Translations under genes and position numbers: made by a program | The notes under the pieces: generated by a model | The model's input: the letters and a program-made list of their open reading frames with translations, nothing else | Databases searched by the model: none | What the model was told of the DNA's origin: nothing | DNA from: an uncultured Chlamydiae bacterium | Lineage (GTDB): Bacteria; Chlamydiota; Chlamydiia; Chlamydiales; 2-12-FULL-49-11 | Direction of reading: 5' to 3' | NCBI GenBank assembly: GCA_937996705.1 | Contig: CALKUQ010000020.1 | Coordinates: 52,476-116,475, forward strand | Length of the DNA stretch: 64,000 bases | Shown: piece by piece, positions 18,643 through 28,594 of the stretch | How the letters are laid out: every line of letters begins with the position of its first letter | Position numbering within the stretch: position 1 is the stretch's first letter

Positions 18643-20115
18643 ATGTCTCTCGTAAAAAAATTTTTAGAAACTTGCTCAGATGTTGAAAACCACTTAGAAA
18701 CGATTGCATATTTAGCAAATATAGACGCTCTTTCAAAAAAGTACCCTCTAGTAGCAAACACCATCCTCAACGAGCTAAACTCTCAAAGAAATTCCTTGAA
18801 ACTTATCGCCTCGGAAAACTACTCTTCTATCGCCGTACAACTCGCAATGGGCAACTTATTAACAGATAAATATGCAGAGGGCTTCCCAGGTCACCGTTTC
18901 TATGCTGGTTGTGAAAACGTAGATTCGATAGAATCCTCTGCTGTTGAAAGCGCTAAAACACTTTTCGGAGCCGACCACGCCTACGTCCAACCTCACTCAG
19001 GGGCTGACGCCAATTTAATTGCATTTTGGTCAATCCTCATCAAACGAATCGAGAACCCTTTTATTGAAAATTTAGGAAAAAAAACCATTTACAACCTAAC
19101 AGCTGATGAATTTGAAACTGTCCGCAAAGAATTTTCAAAACAAAAAATGCTTGGACTTGCCCTTGACTGTGGCGGTCACTTGACTCACGGAAGCCCCGTA
19201 AACCTATCCTCTAAGATGATGCAAGCTCTCTCTTACCGAGTCGATGCAACAACAGGGCTAATCGACTACAAAAATATTGAAGAGATAGCTATGCGAGAAA
19301 AACCCCTCATTCTTTTGGCAGGGTATTCCGCCTACCCCAGGCTGATCGACTTTGCGATTATGCGTGAAATTGCAGATAAATGTGGCGCCACACTCCTAGT
19401 GGATATGGCCCATTTTGCCGGCTTAGTTGCAGGGAAAGCGCTCACGGGAAATTTCGATCCGGTACCATTTGCCCACATCGTCACTTCAACTACACACAAA
19501 ACTTTACGAGGGCCCAGAGGCGGGCTTATTCTCTGCAAAGACGAGTATAAACCTTTTGTAGATAAAGGGTGCCCCTTTGTTCTTGGTGGACCACTTCCCC
19601 ATGTTATCGCATCTAAAGCAATTTGCTTCCAAGAGGCGTTAGACCCCTCTTTCAAAGCTTATGCAAAACAAATTATACTAAATGCCCAAGCTCTGGGAGA
19701 GCAATTAGAATCAAAAGGGGTTCACCTAATCACTGGCGGAACAGACAACCATATGATTTTGCTCGATGTCCAGAAAAATTTTGGTCTTAATGGAAGACAA
19801 GCCGAATCTGTTTTACAAAGCATAGGATTTACCATTAATCGCAACAGCATTCCAAATGATCCTAACGGAGCTTGGTACTGTTCAGGTATCCGTTTAGGCA
19901 CACCTGCACTCACAACTAGAGGTTTTAAAAAGCAAGAGATGCAAAAAATTGCCGATATTTTATATGATGTGCTAAAAGCAACAAAACCTTTGGATATGGC
20001 TAAAGCCACACTTGATGATAAAGTGAGGAGCCGTGCAAGAGGACAAATAGATGAGCTTCTAATAGATAAGCCGCTCTATCCAGAAATTAAAATTGGAGAT
20101 TTAATTCATGCCTGA
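18643..20115 (+). CDS. glyA: Serine hydroxymethyltransferase
   Basis: LIASENYSS, EGFPGHRFYAGCE, and the PLP site VTSTTHKTLRGPRGG. Confidence 0.95.
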   Translation: MSLVKKFLETCSDVENHLETIAYLANIDALSKKYPLVANTILNELNSQRNSLKLIASENYSSIAVQLAMGNLLTDKYAEGFPGHRFYAGCENVDSIESSAVESAKTLFGADHAYVQPHSGADANLIAFWSILIKRIENPFIENLGKKTIYNLTADEFETVRKEFSKQKMLGLALDCGGHLTHGSPVNLSSKMMQALSYRVDATTGLIDYKNIEEIAMREKPLILLAGYSAYPRLIDFAIMREIADKCGATLLVDMAHFAGLVAGKALTGNFDPVPFAHIVTSTTHKTLRGPRGGLILCKDEYKPFVDKGCPFVLGGPLPHVIASKAICFQEALDPSFKAYAKQIILNAQALGEQLESKGVHLITGGTDNHMILLDVQKNFGLNGRQAESVLQSIGFTINRNSIPNDPNGAWYCSGIRLGTPALTTRGFKKQEMQKIADILYDVLKATKPLDMAKATLDDKVRSRARGQIDELLIDKPLYPEIKIGDLIHA

Positions 20116-20710
20116 AACAACAGAAGAAGATGAAGTAAAAAAAGAGCCGCCATTAAATACAAAAATGGAAGAATTTTTTACAAAAAAACGTATTATATTT
20201 CTTCACACTCAAGTGGACGACTCCTCTGCTTATGACATCATTCGAAAACTTTGGTACCTAGAATCTCTGGATGCAAAAAAACCGATTCTTTTGATTATTA
20301 ACTCCCCTGGTGGATCTGTAGATTCTGGACTTGCTATTTGGGACCAAGTAAAACTAGTCACACCCCCTGTCTACACTCTTGTTATGGGGTTAGCAGCTTC
20401 CATGGGATCAATTTTGAGTTTATCGGGAGAAAAAAAGAGGCGTTACGCGACAAAACACTCTCGTATCATGATTCACCAACCGCTTATTGGTGGAACTATT
20501 TATGGACAAGCTACAGACCTTGAAATCCAAGCAAAAGAGATCATCAAGACAAGAGACCTCCTTGTGGAAATTTATATGGAAGCAACAGGAAAGACCAAGC
20601 CACAAATAGAAAAAGCTCTAGATAGAGACACTTGGATGACCGCAGAAGAGGCAAAAGCGTTTGGTCTAATTGACGAGATTATCACATCCTATAAAGAAAT
20701 TGGATTTTAA
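20108..20710 (+). CDS. clpP: ATP-dependent Clp protease proteolytic subunit
   Basis: INSPGGSV, GLAASMGS (Ser), IMIHQP (His), LDRDTWMTAEEA (Asp). Overlaps glyA by 8 nt. Confidence 0.9.
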   Translation: MPETTEEDEVKKEPPLNTKMEEFFTKKRIIFLHTQVDDSSAYDIIRKLWYLESLDAKKPILLIINSPGGSVDSGLAIWDQVKLVTPPVYTLVMGLAASMGSILSLSGEKKRRYATKHSRIMIHQPLIGGTIYGQATDLEIQAKEIIKTRDLLVEIYMEATGKTKPQIEKALDRDTWMTAEEAKAFGLIDEIITSYKEIGF

Positions 20711-21467
20711 AACCCCTTTCTTTAAATACGTCGCAACGGGGAATGATTTTATCTTAGTAGAAGACTATGATGAAACCTTTCCCCTTTCTAAAGAACTCAT
20801 TCAACACATTTGTGAGAGAAAATCAAGCATTGGAGCAGACGGCCTATTGCTACTCCAACATTCGGCTATTGCTGATGTAAAAATGCGCATCTTTAATCAA
20901 GATGGCAGCGAGGCTACCATGTGCGGCAACGGGCTACGCTGCGTTATCAAACATTTACAAAAATCGTCTACGATTGAGACCAAAGGGGGACTCTCTGAAG
21001 GAGAGTACTCAGAAGAGGTCATTCAAGTGACCCTTCCGAAAGCACAAATTCTTAAAAATAACATCCCCCTCCCCAATGATCTCTCAGGAGACCTAGCAGA
21101 CACAGGGACTCCTCACCTAGTCATAGAGGGAAACCTCCAAGAAAATCAGCAACTTGCCCTAGAGCTGCGTCACTCACCCCTATTTGAGCCAGGCGGCGTC
21201 AATGTAAATGTATTTCAAATACGTCCCGAGGGGATCTATATTCGAACTTTCGAAAAAGGGGTCGAAGAGGAGACCGAATCTTGCGGGACAGGGGGAGCGG
21301 CAGTAAGCCTTCTAATCTATAAACGTTACAAAACAAACCCTATCAAAATCCATTTCCCTAAAACCTCCCTCACCTATCACTACGACTCAAAGGAAAGGCT
21401 CTGGCTACAAGGCCCGGCGTCTCTCTCGTTTGAAGGAATTTTTCACTACAAGTTTAAACCACTATAA
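20670..21467 (+). CDS. dapF: Diaminopimelate epimerase
   Basis: GNDFILV, MCGNGLRC and ESCGTGGAA (both catalytic Cys motifs). The start is either TTG 20670 or TTG 20700. Confidence 0.85.
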   Translation: MTRLSHPIKKLDFKTPFFKYVATGNDFILVEDYDETFPLSKELIQHICERKSSIGADGLLLLQHSAIADVKMRIFNQDGSEATMCGNGLRCVIKHLQKSSTIETKGGLSEGEYSEEVIQVTLPKAQILKNNIPLPNDLSGDLADTGTPHLVIEGNLQENQQLALELRHSPLFEPGGVNVNVFQIRPEGIYIRTFEKGVEEETESCGTGGAAVSLLIYKRYKTNPIKIHFPKTSLTYHYDSKERLWLQGPASLSFEGIFHYKFKPL

Positions 21468-21506
21468 GCTAGACTTTCTTTGAAAATATTGGTGGAGGTC
21501 TTGTTT

Positions 21507-22640
21507 ATGAAAATTGGTATTCCTAAAGAAATTAAAGATCACGAATGCAGAGTGGGGGCGACCCCTACGATGGTTTATGGATTTATTGAAGCGGGACATG
21601 AAGTATTTGTCCAAGCAAATGCTGGCGCAAAAATCGGCTTTAGCGATGAGATGTATGCAAAAGCAGGAGCTACCATCGTTTTGACCGCAAGAGAGGCGTG
21701 GAAAGCTGAACTCATTATTAAAGTAAAAGAGCCCCAAAGCGAAGAGTTTCCTTATATGCATGAAGGGCAAATCCTCTTTTGCTACCTCCATTTAGCGCCG
21801 GACCCAGAGCAAACAAGACACCTGCTAGAAAGAAAAGTAATTGCAATTGCCTACGAAACTGTAATTGACCGCGAGGGGAGACTCCCCTTACTCACACCCA
21901 TGAGCGAAATTGCTGGACGAATTGCTATCCAAGCTGGAGCTACAAGCCTTCAGATGGCCAATGGGGGCAGAGGGGTCCTTTTGGGAGGCGTACCAGGAGT
22001 CTTCCCCGCAAAAGTTTTAATCTTGGGAGGGGGCGTTGTCGGTTTAAATGCCGCACAGATGGCTGTTGGCCTCGGAGCAGACGTCACTATTGTCGATCGC
22101 GACTTAAAAAGACTTCGAGAGCTCGATGCTATCTATCAAGGGAGACTTAAAACCATGTACTCAAGCACGCAAATCATTGAAAAGCTTGTTAAACATGCAG
22201 ACCTTGTGATTGGAGCTGTCCTAATTGCAGGAAAAAAAGCTCCCAAACTTGTCACTCACGACATGGTCCGCACTATGCAACCCGGGGCAGTCCTTGTCGA
22301 CGTCTCAATTGACCAAGGAGGCTGCTTTGAGACCTCTAGGCCCACCACACACTCTCACCCTACCTATATAGTAGATGATGTAGTCCACTACTGCGTAGCA
22401 AACATGCCGGGAGCTTGCGCACGAACTGCCACTCAGGCACTGACAAACGCCACTTACTACTATGCGATTAAGCTAGCCAACCAAGGACTCCTCGCCCTCA
22501 AAAACGACCCCCTCTTCCTCCAAGGGCTCAATATCTACAGAGGAAAGGTGACGAATAGACATGTGGCCCACGACCTCGGGTACGAATATCACCCCCCTGA
22601 GCAACTTATAGTTGGTGATTTTGATAAAAGCCTTACCTAG
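21507..22640 (+). CDS. ald: Alanine dehydrogenase
   Basis: [17 protein letters not shown] at the N-terminus and the NAD fold [13 protein letters not shown] placed the start at ATG 21507, which has ggagg 8 nt upstream, rather than the track's 21480. Confidence 0.9.
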   Translation: MKIGIPKEIKDHECRVGATPTMVYGFIEAGHEVFVQANAGAKIGFSDEMYAKAGATIVLTAREAWKAELIIKVKEPQSEEFPYMHEGQILFCYLHLAPDPEQTRHLLERKVIAIAYETVIDREGRLPLLTPMSEIAGRIAIQAGATSLQMANGGRGVLLGGVPGVFPAKVLILGGGVVGLNAAQMAVGLGADVTIVDRDLKRLRELDAIYQGRLKTMYSSTQIIEKLVKHADLVIGAVLIAGKKAPKLVTHDMVRTMQPGAVLVDVSIDQGGCFETSRPTTHSHPTYIVDDVVHYCVANMPGACARTATQALTNATYYYAIKLANQGLLALKNDPLFLQGLNIYRGKVTNRHVAHDLGYEYHPPEQLIVGDFDKSLT

Positions 22641-22673
22641 AAAGACTTAAGAAGTAATGTGTTGCCATATTTA

Positions 22674-22725
22674 AAAATGACATAATTTTCTCATTATCGT
22701 GACAGTGAGATAATTATGTCATTTT
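22674..22725 (+). terminator. Long AT-rich hairpin downstream of ald (possible bidirectional terminator)
   Basis: aaaatgacataattttctca / tgagataattatgtcatttt pair at 19 of 20 positions around a 12-nt loop. An A-tract lies on the 5' side and a T-tract on the 3' side. Confidence 0.4.
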
Positions 22726-22890
22726 CAACTCAAAACAGCTCTCACTCCCCGTAAAGGGGGGTGCAGACCCCCCTAATAACAGCCCCCAAACGATCAGATC
22801 CCTCTTTATTAGTATTTTTAGCAAAACACTAATAATTAGCTGTTTACAGCTTATTAAAACCATTAATTATAACAATATTAATCAATGCAC

Positions 22891-22919
22891 TTGAATGGTT
22901 AATTATAAATTGATACAAT
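22891..22919 (+). promoter_or_regulatory. Candidate sigma-70-type promoter for the small ORF at 22965
   Basis: TTGAAT, then a 17-nt spacer, then TACAAT, within a very AT-rich stretch. The ORF has aaggag 7 nt before its ATG. Confidence 0.3.
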
Positions 22920-22964
22920 TAACGTATAATAATAATTTTTATTAACAAAACCAAGGAGTTTATT

Positions 22965-23192
22965 ATGTCAATTTCTTCAATAGTTCGTTCAGGCGCTTCA
23001 ACCCTAGCAACAAAACTACAACCGACTAAACAGACAAAAGCCTCTGTGTTTGTAGCTGGCCATATGCTTGCAGTTGGCTCGCTAATGGGTCTGGGAGTTC
23101 TCCACGCCTATACACCTGGGGGAATAACTGAAAAAGTTTATGGAACTAATCTTACAGATACGCATAAAATTACAGATCTCACAAAGAAATAA
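22965..23192 (+). CDS. Small hypothetical membrane protein (75 aa)
   Basis: Good Shine-Dalgarno sequence. One hydrophobic helix, VFVAGHMLAVGSLMGLGVLHA. No family recognised. Confidence 0.35.
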   Translation: MSISSIVRSGASTLATKLQPTKQTKASVFVAGHMLAVGSLMGLGVLHAYTPGGITEKVYGTNLTDTHKITDLTKK

Positions 23193-23193
23193 C

Positions 23194-24063
23194 TTATTTT
23201 TTAGCTAATGGATGAGTTTTATCGTAGGTCTCCTTCTTTAATTTGATGGAGACCTTTGTGTATATAGTAGTCGTTGCTAAATTTGTATGACCAAGAATCT
23301 CTTGAATTGTCTTAAGATCCATCCCATTTTCTAAGAAATGGGTCGCAATTGTGTGCCTAAGGGTGTGCGGGGTCAATGGAAGGGCAATATGAGCCAAATG
23401 CTTATAAGAGACAAACAGGCGATCAATCGACCTAGTTGTAAGCCTACCTCCAGATCGATTTAAAAAAATCGCTTTGCTATCTGTTTCAGAGCGCTTTGGG
23501 TGATCCACAAGCTGTTTAATCCAGTAGAGTGCTGTTTTTGTCAAAGGGATGATCCTCTCTTTATTCCCTTTACCCCGTACTTTGATGGCAGGTTCTGATT
23601 CATCAACATCTGTTTTATTAAGTCCTGCAAGCTCTGAGACGCGGATACCCGTGGCATAAAGGAGTTCCATAATACAACGATCCCTCACCCCCAGGTAAGT
23701 TTTTATATTTGGGGATGCAAAAAATTGAATCACCTGGTCTTTGCCAAGAAACGAGGGGAGTTTTTTCTCTTGTTTCGGGGTTTTTATCTCCAGCAGTGGA
23801 TTTTCCAGCAAAACCCCCTGTCGCATTAAATATTTAACAAACGTTCTAAGGGCACTCAGCCTCCTTGCAACGGTTCTTTTACTACTATTTTTCCTATATA
23901 AGTAGCTTAAAAAAGCCCTAATATCTGTGGTTTTAAGCTCACCTTTTGAAAAAAAAAGGTACTCTGTTAGGTCAATATCGTAATTGCGAAGGGTGTGCTG
24001 CGAGAGTTGTCTCACAAATTTAAGGTAGTCCAAAAAAGAGAGTATTGATTCGTTTGTAATCAT
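23194..24063 (-). CDS. Tyrosine recombinase XerC/XerD family
   Basis: SAM-like N-domain (FLDYLKFVRQLSQHTLRNY). Catalytic residues in ATGIRVSELAGL, HTLRHTIATH and LGHTNLATTTIYTKV. Confidence 0.85.
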   Translation of the reverse strand: MITNESILSFLDYLKFVRQLSQHTLRNYDIDLTEYLFFSKGELKTTDIRAFLSYLYRKNSSKRTVARRLSALRTFVKYLMRQGVLLENPLLEIKTPKQEKKLPSFLGKDQVIQFFASPNIKTYLGVRDRCIMELLYATGIRVSELAGLNKTDVDESEPAIKVRGKGNKERIIPLTKTALYWIKQLVDHPKRSETDSKAIFLNRSGGRLTTRSIDRLFVSYKHLAHIALPLTPHTLRHTIATHFLENGMDLKTIQEILGHTNLATTTIYTKVSIKLKKETYDKTHPLAKK

Positions 24064-24087
24064 ATGCTATGATCTTCAAGATAACAT

Positions 24088-25665
24088 ATGATTACGTTAG
24101 ATAAAATCACAAAAAAGCTAGGGGTCCGAGTTCTTTTCGAAGATATTTCGGTCACTTTTAATCCAGGACATCGCTACGGCTTAACTGGACCTAATGGAGC
24201 TGGGAAGTCGACCCTTCTTAAAATTATGATGGGATCTGAGGACGCTACCTCAGGTGTGGTCTCTCTTCCTAAAAAAGTGGGATTTCTCAAGCAAAACATC
24301 TCTGAGTTCAAAGACAAGAAAATTATTGATGTTGTTTTAATGGGGAACAAACGTCTTTGGGAGACGATGCAAGAGCAAAACCTCTTGTATGAGCAGGAAA
24401 TGACTGACGATGTCGGCATGAGACTTGGGAGACTTGAAGAAATTATTGCTGAAGAAGATGGGTACACAGCCGAAGCTGAAGCAGAGGTTCTCCTATCTGG
24501 TATGGGTATTCCCGACGAATCTTTCCAAAAAACAATGGACGAAGTTCCTCTGGACCACCAATTTAGAGTTCTTATCTGCCAAGCAATTTTCGGGAAACCT
24601 GAAGCGCTCCTCCTTGATGAACCAACAAACCACCTCGATTTAGATTCCATTGGCTGGCTTGAGACATTTCTCCATGAATATTCTGGCACTTTAATTGTAG
24701 TTAGCCACGACAGACATTTTTTAAATACCGTATGTACCGACATTGCCGATATCGATTACGAAACTCTAATTATTTATCCTGGCAACTACGACACCATGAT
24801 TGCTGCAAAATCTTCCATCCGAGAACGGACAGAGGCAGACAATAAGTCTAAAGAAAAGAAAGTCTCTCAGTTAAAAGAATTTGTTGCAAAGTTCGGTGCT
24901 GGTACAAGGGCTTCTCAAGTGCAATCTAGAGTTAAAGAGATCGAAAAACTTCAACCCTCAGAACTCAAAAAATCAAACATTCAAAGACCCTACATTCGAT
25001 TTAGCGACCCTCTCCCCTCTGGACAAATTGCCTTCAAAGTGAATAACATCTCCAAAACATACGATTCTCACCAAGTCATTCGTGATTTTTCTCTTGAAAT
25101 TCACAAAGGGGATAAAATAGGGGTAATTGGAAATAACGGACGGGGAAAGACAACTCTCCTTAAAATGCTTGCAGGTATTGTAGCTCCCGACTCAGGAGCG
25201 ATCGTTCCTGGACACAATATGGGGCTCGGCTATTTCCCGCAAAACCACTCGGACCTTGTAGATAAAAAGAGGGTAACCAATTTAGTCGATTGGCTTAGAA
25301 CAAAAAAACCAAACATGCATGAACAAGACATCCGTTCAGCTCTTGGAAAACTCCTCTTCTCGGGAGATGAAGCTCTAAAGGAGATTTCAAAGCTCTCTGG
25401 AGGGGAAACAGCAAGACTGATTCTTGCCTCCTTAATTATCAACCCGCACAATACTCTCATCCTGGATGAGCCGAATAATCACCTAGACCTTGAAGCTGTA
25501 TCCGCCTTAGGATCTGGTCTTAATCAATTTCCAGGGACAGTCATTGTTGCCTCTCACGATAGAGACCTTCTTAGCTCTGTTGCGAAGAAAATTATTTCGA
25601 TAGAAGAGCGGAGAATTATTGTGTTTGATGGCAATTTAGATGAGTTCTTTGCTTCAAAAAAATAA
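24088..25665 (+). CDS. ABC-F family ATPase (two ABC domains, no TM domain)
   Basis: Walker A GPNGAGKST and GNNGRGKTT. Signature LSGGE. LLLDEPTNHLD and ILDEPNNHLD. Charged linker between the two domains. Confidence 0.85.
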   Translation: MITLDKITKKLGVRVLFEDISVTFNPGHRYGLTGPNGAGKSTLLKIMMGSEDATSGVVSLPKKVGFLKQNISEFKDKKIIDVVLMGNKRLWETMQEQNLLYEQEMTDDVGMRLGRLEEIIAEEDGYTAEAEAEVLLSGMGIPDESFQKTMDEVPLDHQFRVLICQAIFGKPEALLLDEPTNHLDLDSIGWLETFLHEYSGTLIVVSHDRHFLNTVCTDIADIDYETLIIYPGNYDTMIAAKSSIRERTEADNKSKEKKVSQLKEFVAKFGAGTRASQVQSRVKEIEKLQPSELKKSNIQRPYIRFSDPLPSGQIAFKVNNISKTYDSHQVIRDFSLEIHKGDKIGVIGNNGRGKTTLLKMLAGIVAPDSGAIVPGHNMGLGYFPQNHSDLVDKKRVTNLVDWLRTKKPNMHEQDIRSALGKLLFSGDEALKEISKLSGGETARLILASLIINPHNTLILDEPNNHLDLEAVSALGSGLNQFPGTVIVASHDRDLLSSVAKKIISIEERRIIVFDGNLDEFFASKK

Positions 25666-26377
25666 ATTTCTCACTTTACCTGAAAAAGCAAAACACAAAT
25701 ATGCTGCCCTTCTTATTAAAAACGCCTATGGAGATGAATCTCAATTCATTCACTACAAAGAAGTGGAAAAATGGCTCTCCCTTCCTGAAATTCATTACTC
25801 CAAAGAGACTCTCTCAGACCGATACCATGAACATCTAAGAATTGCTACCCTCTCTCTCAAAGAGCACTCCTTTCTTCCAAACATCTCCCATCTGGACCAT
25901 CTCTCTTCAGAATCTTTTCTTCCGATAGACATCTATTTAGACAATCTCCGCTCCGCCCATAACGTCGGTAGCATCATCCGCTCAACAGAGGCCTTTCGGC
26001 TGGGAGAAATCCATTTTTCAGAAAAAACCCCCTTCATTGACCACAATAAAATCACTAAGAGCTCAATGGGGGCAGAACAGTTTGTCACTTGCCATAAAAA
26101 ATCGCCCCTCTCCTCTCTAAGAAGACCTCTGATTGCTTTAGAAACTCACTCTGAAGCAACTTCCCTTTACGATTTTACCTTTCCCGAAAGCTTTTCCCTC
26201 CTTCTTGGAAATGAAGAGTATGGTCTCTCTGAATCTGCTTTAAAAGCTTCCGATGTAATTATTAAAATCCCTTTAGTTGGCTCTAAAAATTCTTTAAATG
26301 TCGCGTCAGCGTTTTCTATTGTTGCCTCAGAGATTCGACGCCAACTCTCTCTTAAATCGCCTCTCCTCAACTTCTAG
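25640..26377 (+). CDS. SpoU/TrmH-family RNA 2'-O-methyltransferase with an N-terminal extension
   Basis: LDNLRSAHNVGSIIRSTEAF, LLLGNEEYGLS and IPLVGSKNSLNVASAFSIVASEI. The 3' end overlaps the convergent gene at 26327 by 51 nt. Confidence 0.75.
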   Translation: MSSLLQKNKFLTLPEKAKHKYAALLIKNAYGDESQFIHYKEVEKWLSLPEIHYSKETLSDRYHEHLRIATLSLKEHSFLPNISHLDHLSSESFLPIDIYLDNLRSAHNVGSIIRSTEAFRLGEIHFSEKTPFIDHNKITKSSMGAEQFVTCHKKSPLSSLRRPLIALETHSEATSLYDFTFPESFSLLLGNEEYGLSESALKASDVIIKIPLVGSKNSLNVASAFSIVASEIRRQLSLKSPLLNF

Positions 26378-27085
26378 TTTTTTTAGATAGAGGTAAGAGC
26401 GCTTCGGATACCAGTGTAATTTATCAATATCAATGAGTTGTAAAGAGCCATCTTCTAAGACTACTATATTTCTCAAATGAAAATCGTGATGGGTAATCTG
26501 TTTTTTTCGCAAATCTTCCCTAAGACGCTCTACTTTTTCTAACAAATGGGCCGTCTTCTCTACTGTTTCACAAACTTCACCCTCTCGGAGATAGACGACA
26601 AATGTTTTAACTACATTAAGTCTTCTTTTTTCAACCACGGCGACCGGTTTCAAGACCGGCACACCCATTTTTTTTGCGTTAAGCGCGCTATTCCAAATAT
26701 TTACCCCTGCTCCCATTCGAAAGAAATTAAGAAACAACCCTCGTGTCTCCATCGACTTTACCACACAAGAAATGCCTTGAATATTGACCACTTCCACCTT
26801 ACGATCCGGATATTGACATACCGTTGTCTTCAAATCGCTCTTTTCAATCTCTCGAAGAAACTCCATCATTTCACGATTTGCAAACTCATTTACGCATAAA
26901 ATTTTTTCTTTCCAAGAAAGCTCTTTTTGATACCCCTCCTCACAAATTCCAGCATATTCGTAGTGAACTATCATAAATAATTGACGATAAGCACACATTA
27001 AATTATGCAAAATTGATTTTTGCGAATAAAAAGGGCAACTTGCAAAACAGAGCGCTACCCCAATCCACAGACTAATTTTGCGCAT
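26327..27085 (-). CDS. Signal-anchored kinase-fold protein, Kdo/WaaP (LPS kinase)-like, paralogue 1 of 4
   Basis: Hydrophobic N-terminus MRKISLWIGVALCFASC. CVVKS (Lys), ITHHDFHLRNIVVL (HxDxxxxN) and LQLIDIDK. Confidence 0.65.
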   Translation of the reverse strand: MRKISLWIGVALCFASCPFYSQKSILHNLMCAYRQLFMIVHYEYAGICEEGYQKELSWKEKILCVNEFANREMMEFLREIEKSDLKTTVCQYPDRKVEVVNIQGISCVVKSMETRGLFLNFFRMGAGVNIWNSALNAKKMGVPVLKPVAVVEKRRLNVVKTFVVYLREGEVCETVEKTAHLLEKVERLREDLRKKQITHHDFHLRNIVVLEDGSLQLIDIDKLHWYPKRSYLYLKKLEVEERRFKRELASNL

Positions 27086-27815
27086 GCACCTCGTTTGCTA
27101 GGTTAAATTTCCGAAATTCATGCCTCATTCTCGCTTTAAAAACTGGGGAATTTTTAGGATAATAGTGAATTTTATCAATATCAATCAGTTGTAAGGTGCC
27201 GTCTTCTAACATTACAATATTTTTAAATCGAAAATCATCGTGAATTAATTTTGCCTGATTTAGCGCCTCTTTCAATACCAAAATTTTAGGAGACTCTTTG
27301 ATTTCATTCTTACAAACCTCCCCTTCATAGGGATATACAACAAAAGTTTTTGTTTTATTCCACCACCTCTTTTCTACCAAGGCAATAGGAGTTAAAACAG
27401 GAACCCCACGAGCCTTTGCAAATGAGGCATTATTCCAAATATTTACCCCCATTCCCATTCTTAGCAAATTCGGAAACCAGCCTCGAAACTCGACTGATTT
27501 TACAACCACCCTCTTCCCTTGCCAAAACACCTCTTCTACAAGTCTGTTCTGATTTTTACTAATAAAACACTTTTCTCTAGCTTCAATATCACGAAGAAAC
27601 TGCATCACCTCTTGAGATGCATACTCTTTTTTGCAAAAAATCTTTTCTTTCCAACAAACCTCTTTTTCGCACCCAGGATCAAATAATGCCTCATAGGTAT
27701 AATTCATCATTGCAAATGCTTTCTGATAACCCCGGGAAAGCCGATATTTAAATTCTTCTGACACGGTTGCTACAATTGCAATGGTGCAAGCTAAAACAAT
27801 AAGCACTTTATTCAT
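27072..27815 (-). CDS. Signal-anchored kinase-fold protein, Kdo/WaaP-like, paralogue 2 of 4
   Basis: MNKVLIVLACTIAIVATV, VVVKS, LIHDDFRFKNIVML and LQLIDIDK. The ATGA overlaps the stop of paralogue 3. Confidence 0.65.
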   Translation of the reverse strand: MNKVLIVLACTIAIVATVSEEFKYRLSRGYQKAFAMMNYTYEALFDPGCEKEVCWKEKIFCKKEYASQEVMQFLRDIEAREKCFISKNQNRLVEEVFWQGKRVVVKSVEFRGWFPNLLRMGMGVNIWNNASFAKARGVPVLTPIALVEKRWWNKTKTFVVYPYEGEVCKNEIKESPKILVLKEALNQAKLIHDDFRFKNIVMLEDGTLQLIDIDKIHYYPKNSPVFKARMRHEFRKFNLANEVHAQN

Positions 27816-28594
27816 ATCTCTAATCTCTTGGTTGTTTGGCTATGAGATGCTAAATTGTCATTAAATTTTCGCACTTCTCTATTCATCCTCTCTCTAAATA
27901 CATATGAGTTTCTGGGATATTTGTGAATTTTATCAATATCTATTAATTGGAGGGACTGGTCTTCAAGAACAAGAATGTTGCGTAATCTAAAATCGTGATG
28001 AATCACATGTCTGTCAACAAGAAGTTTTTGCAGGTCCTTCACTCCAGAAAAAAAACTTTGATCTCTCTCTAATTCCTTCTCACAATCTCGTCCTTCGTAA
28101 AGATAGACAATAAAAGTATGAGCTGAATTCCATTTTCTCTTTTCTAAAAGAGCAACAGGTTTTAAAACAGGTATCCCCATGTTTCTGACCCAATGTGCAT
28201 TATTCCAAACATTGACAGCCATCCCCATTGAAAAAAGATTAGCGAAAAATCCCTCTTTTTTTTCAGATTTTATAATGAAATGATACTCCCCTATGTGAGC
28301 CTCTTCTGTAAGTTTATTTCGATGAATCCAAATCGTCTTTTTCTCAAAATCTTCTATATGATCCAGGAAATCATTAACCTGAGAGGTTGCATACTCTTTT
28401 AAACAAATATTTTTTAAACCCCAACTCACTTGTTTTTGATAGATCGGATCAAATAGGCCTACGTATTCATAATGGACCTGCAGAAAAAATGTCTCATAAA
28501 GTCTAGATATATTGTGCATTAACGAAGGCCAAAAGCAGACAAGAAGAGCCGCTGAAACCATTACACTTAATGCTTGTACTCCTTTAGCAACCAT
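27812..28594 (-). CDS. Signal-anchored kinase-fold protein, Kdo/WaaP-like, paralogue 3 of 4
   Basis: AAGGAGG lies 4 nt upstream of ATG 28594. LSVMVSAALLVCFWP, FIIKS, VIHHDFRLRNILVL and LQLIDIDK. Confidence 0.65.
   Translation of the reverse strand: MVAKGVQALSVMVSAALLVCFWPSLMHNISRLYETFFLQVHYEYVGLFDPIYQKQVSWGLKNICLKEYATSQVNDFLDHIEDFEKKTIWIHRNKLTEEAHIGEYHFIIKSEKKEGFFANLFSMGMAVNVWNNAHWVRNMGIPVLKPVALLEKRKWNSAHTFIVYLYEGRDCEKELERDQSFFSGVKDLQKLLVDRHVIHHDFRLRNILVLEDQSLQLIDIDKIHKYPRNSYVFRERMNREVRKFNDNLASHSQTTKRLEI

Noticed and set aside
21462-21791. 109-aa minus-strand ORF, and the track's upstream start (21480) for ald
   Set aside because: The minus-strand ORF is antisense to ald. The canonical Ald N-terminus [10 protein letters not shown] begins at ATG 21507 with a ggagg RBS, so the 9-codon extension was dropped.
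22674-22725. Inverted repeat aaatgacataatt...aattatgtcattt near the xer recombinase gene, considered as a dif site
   Set aside because: The 13-bp arms are separated by 24 nt, whereas XerCD dif sites have a 6-8 bp central region. The arms resemble dif half-sites only through CATAA/TTATG. A hairpin terminator is the simpler reading.
24174-24743. 189-aa minus-strand ORF inside the ABC-F gene
   Set aside because: It is antisense to a gene with intact Walker A/B and signature motifs. No independent support.
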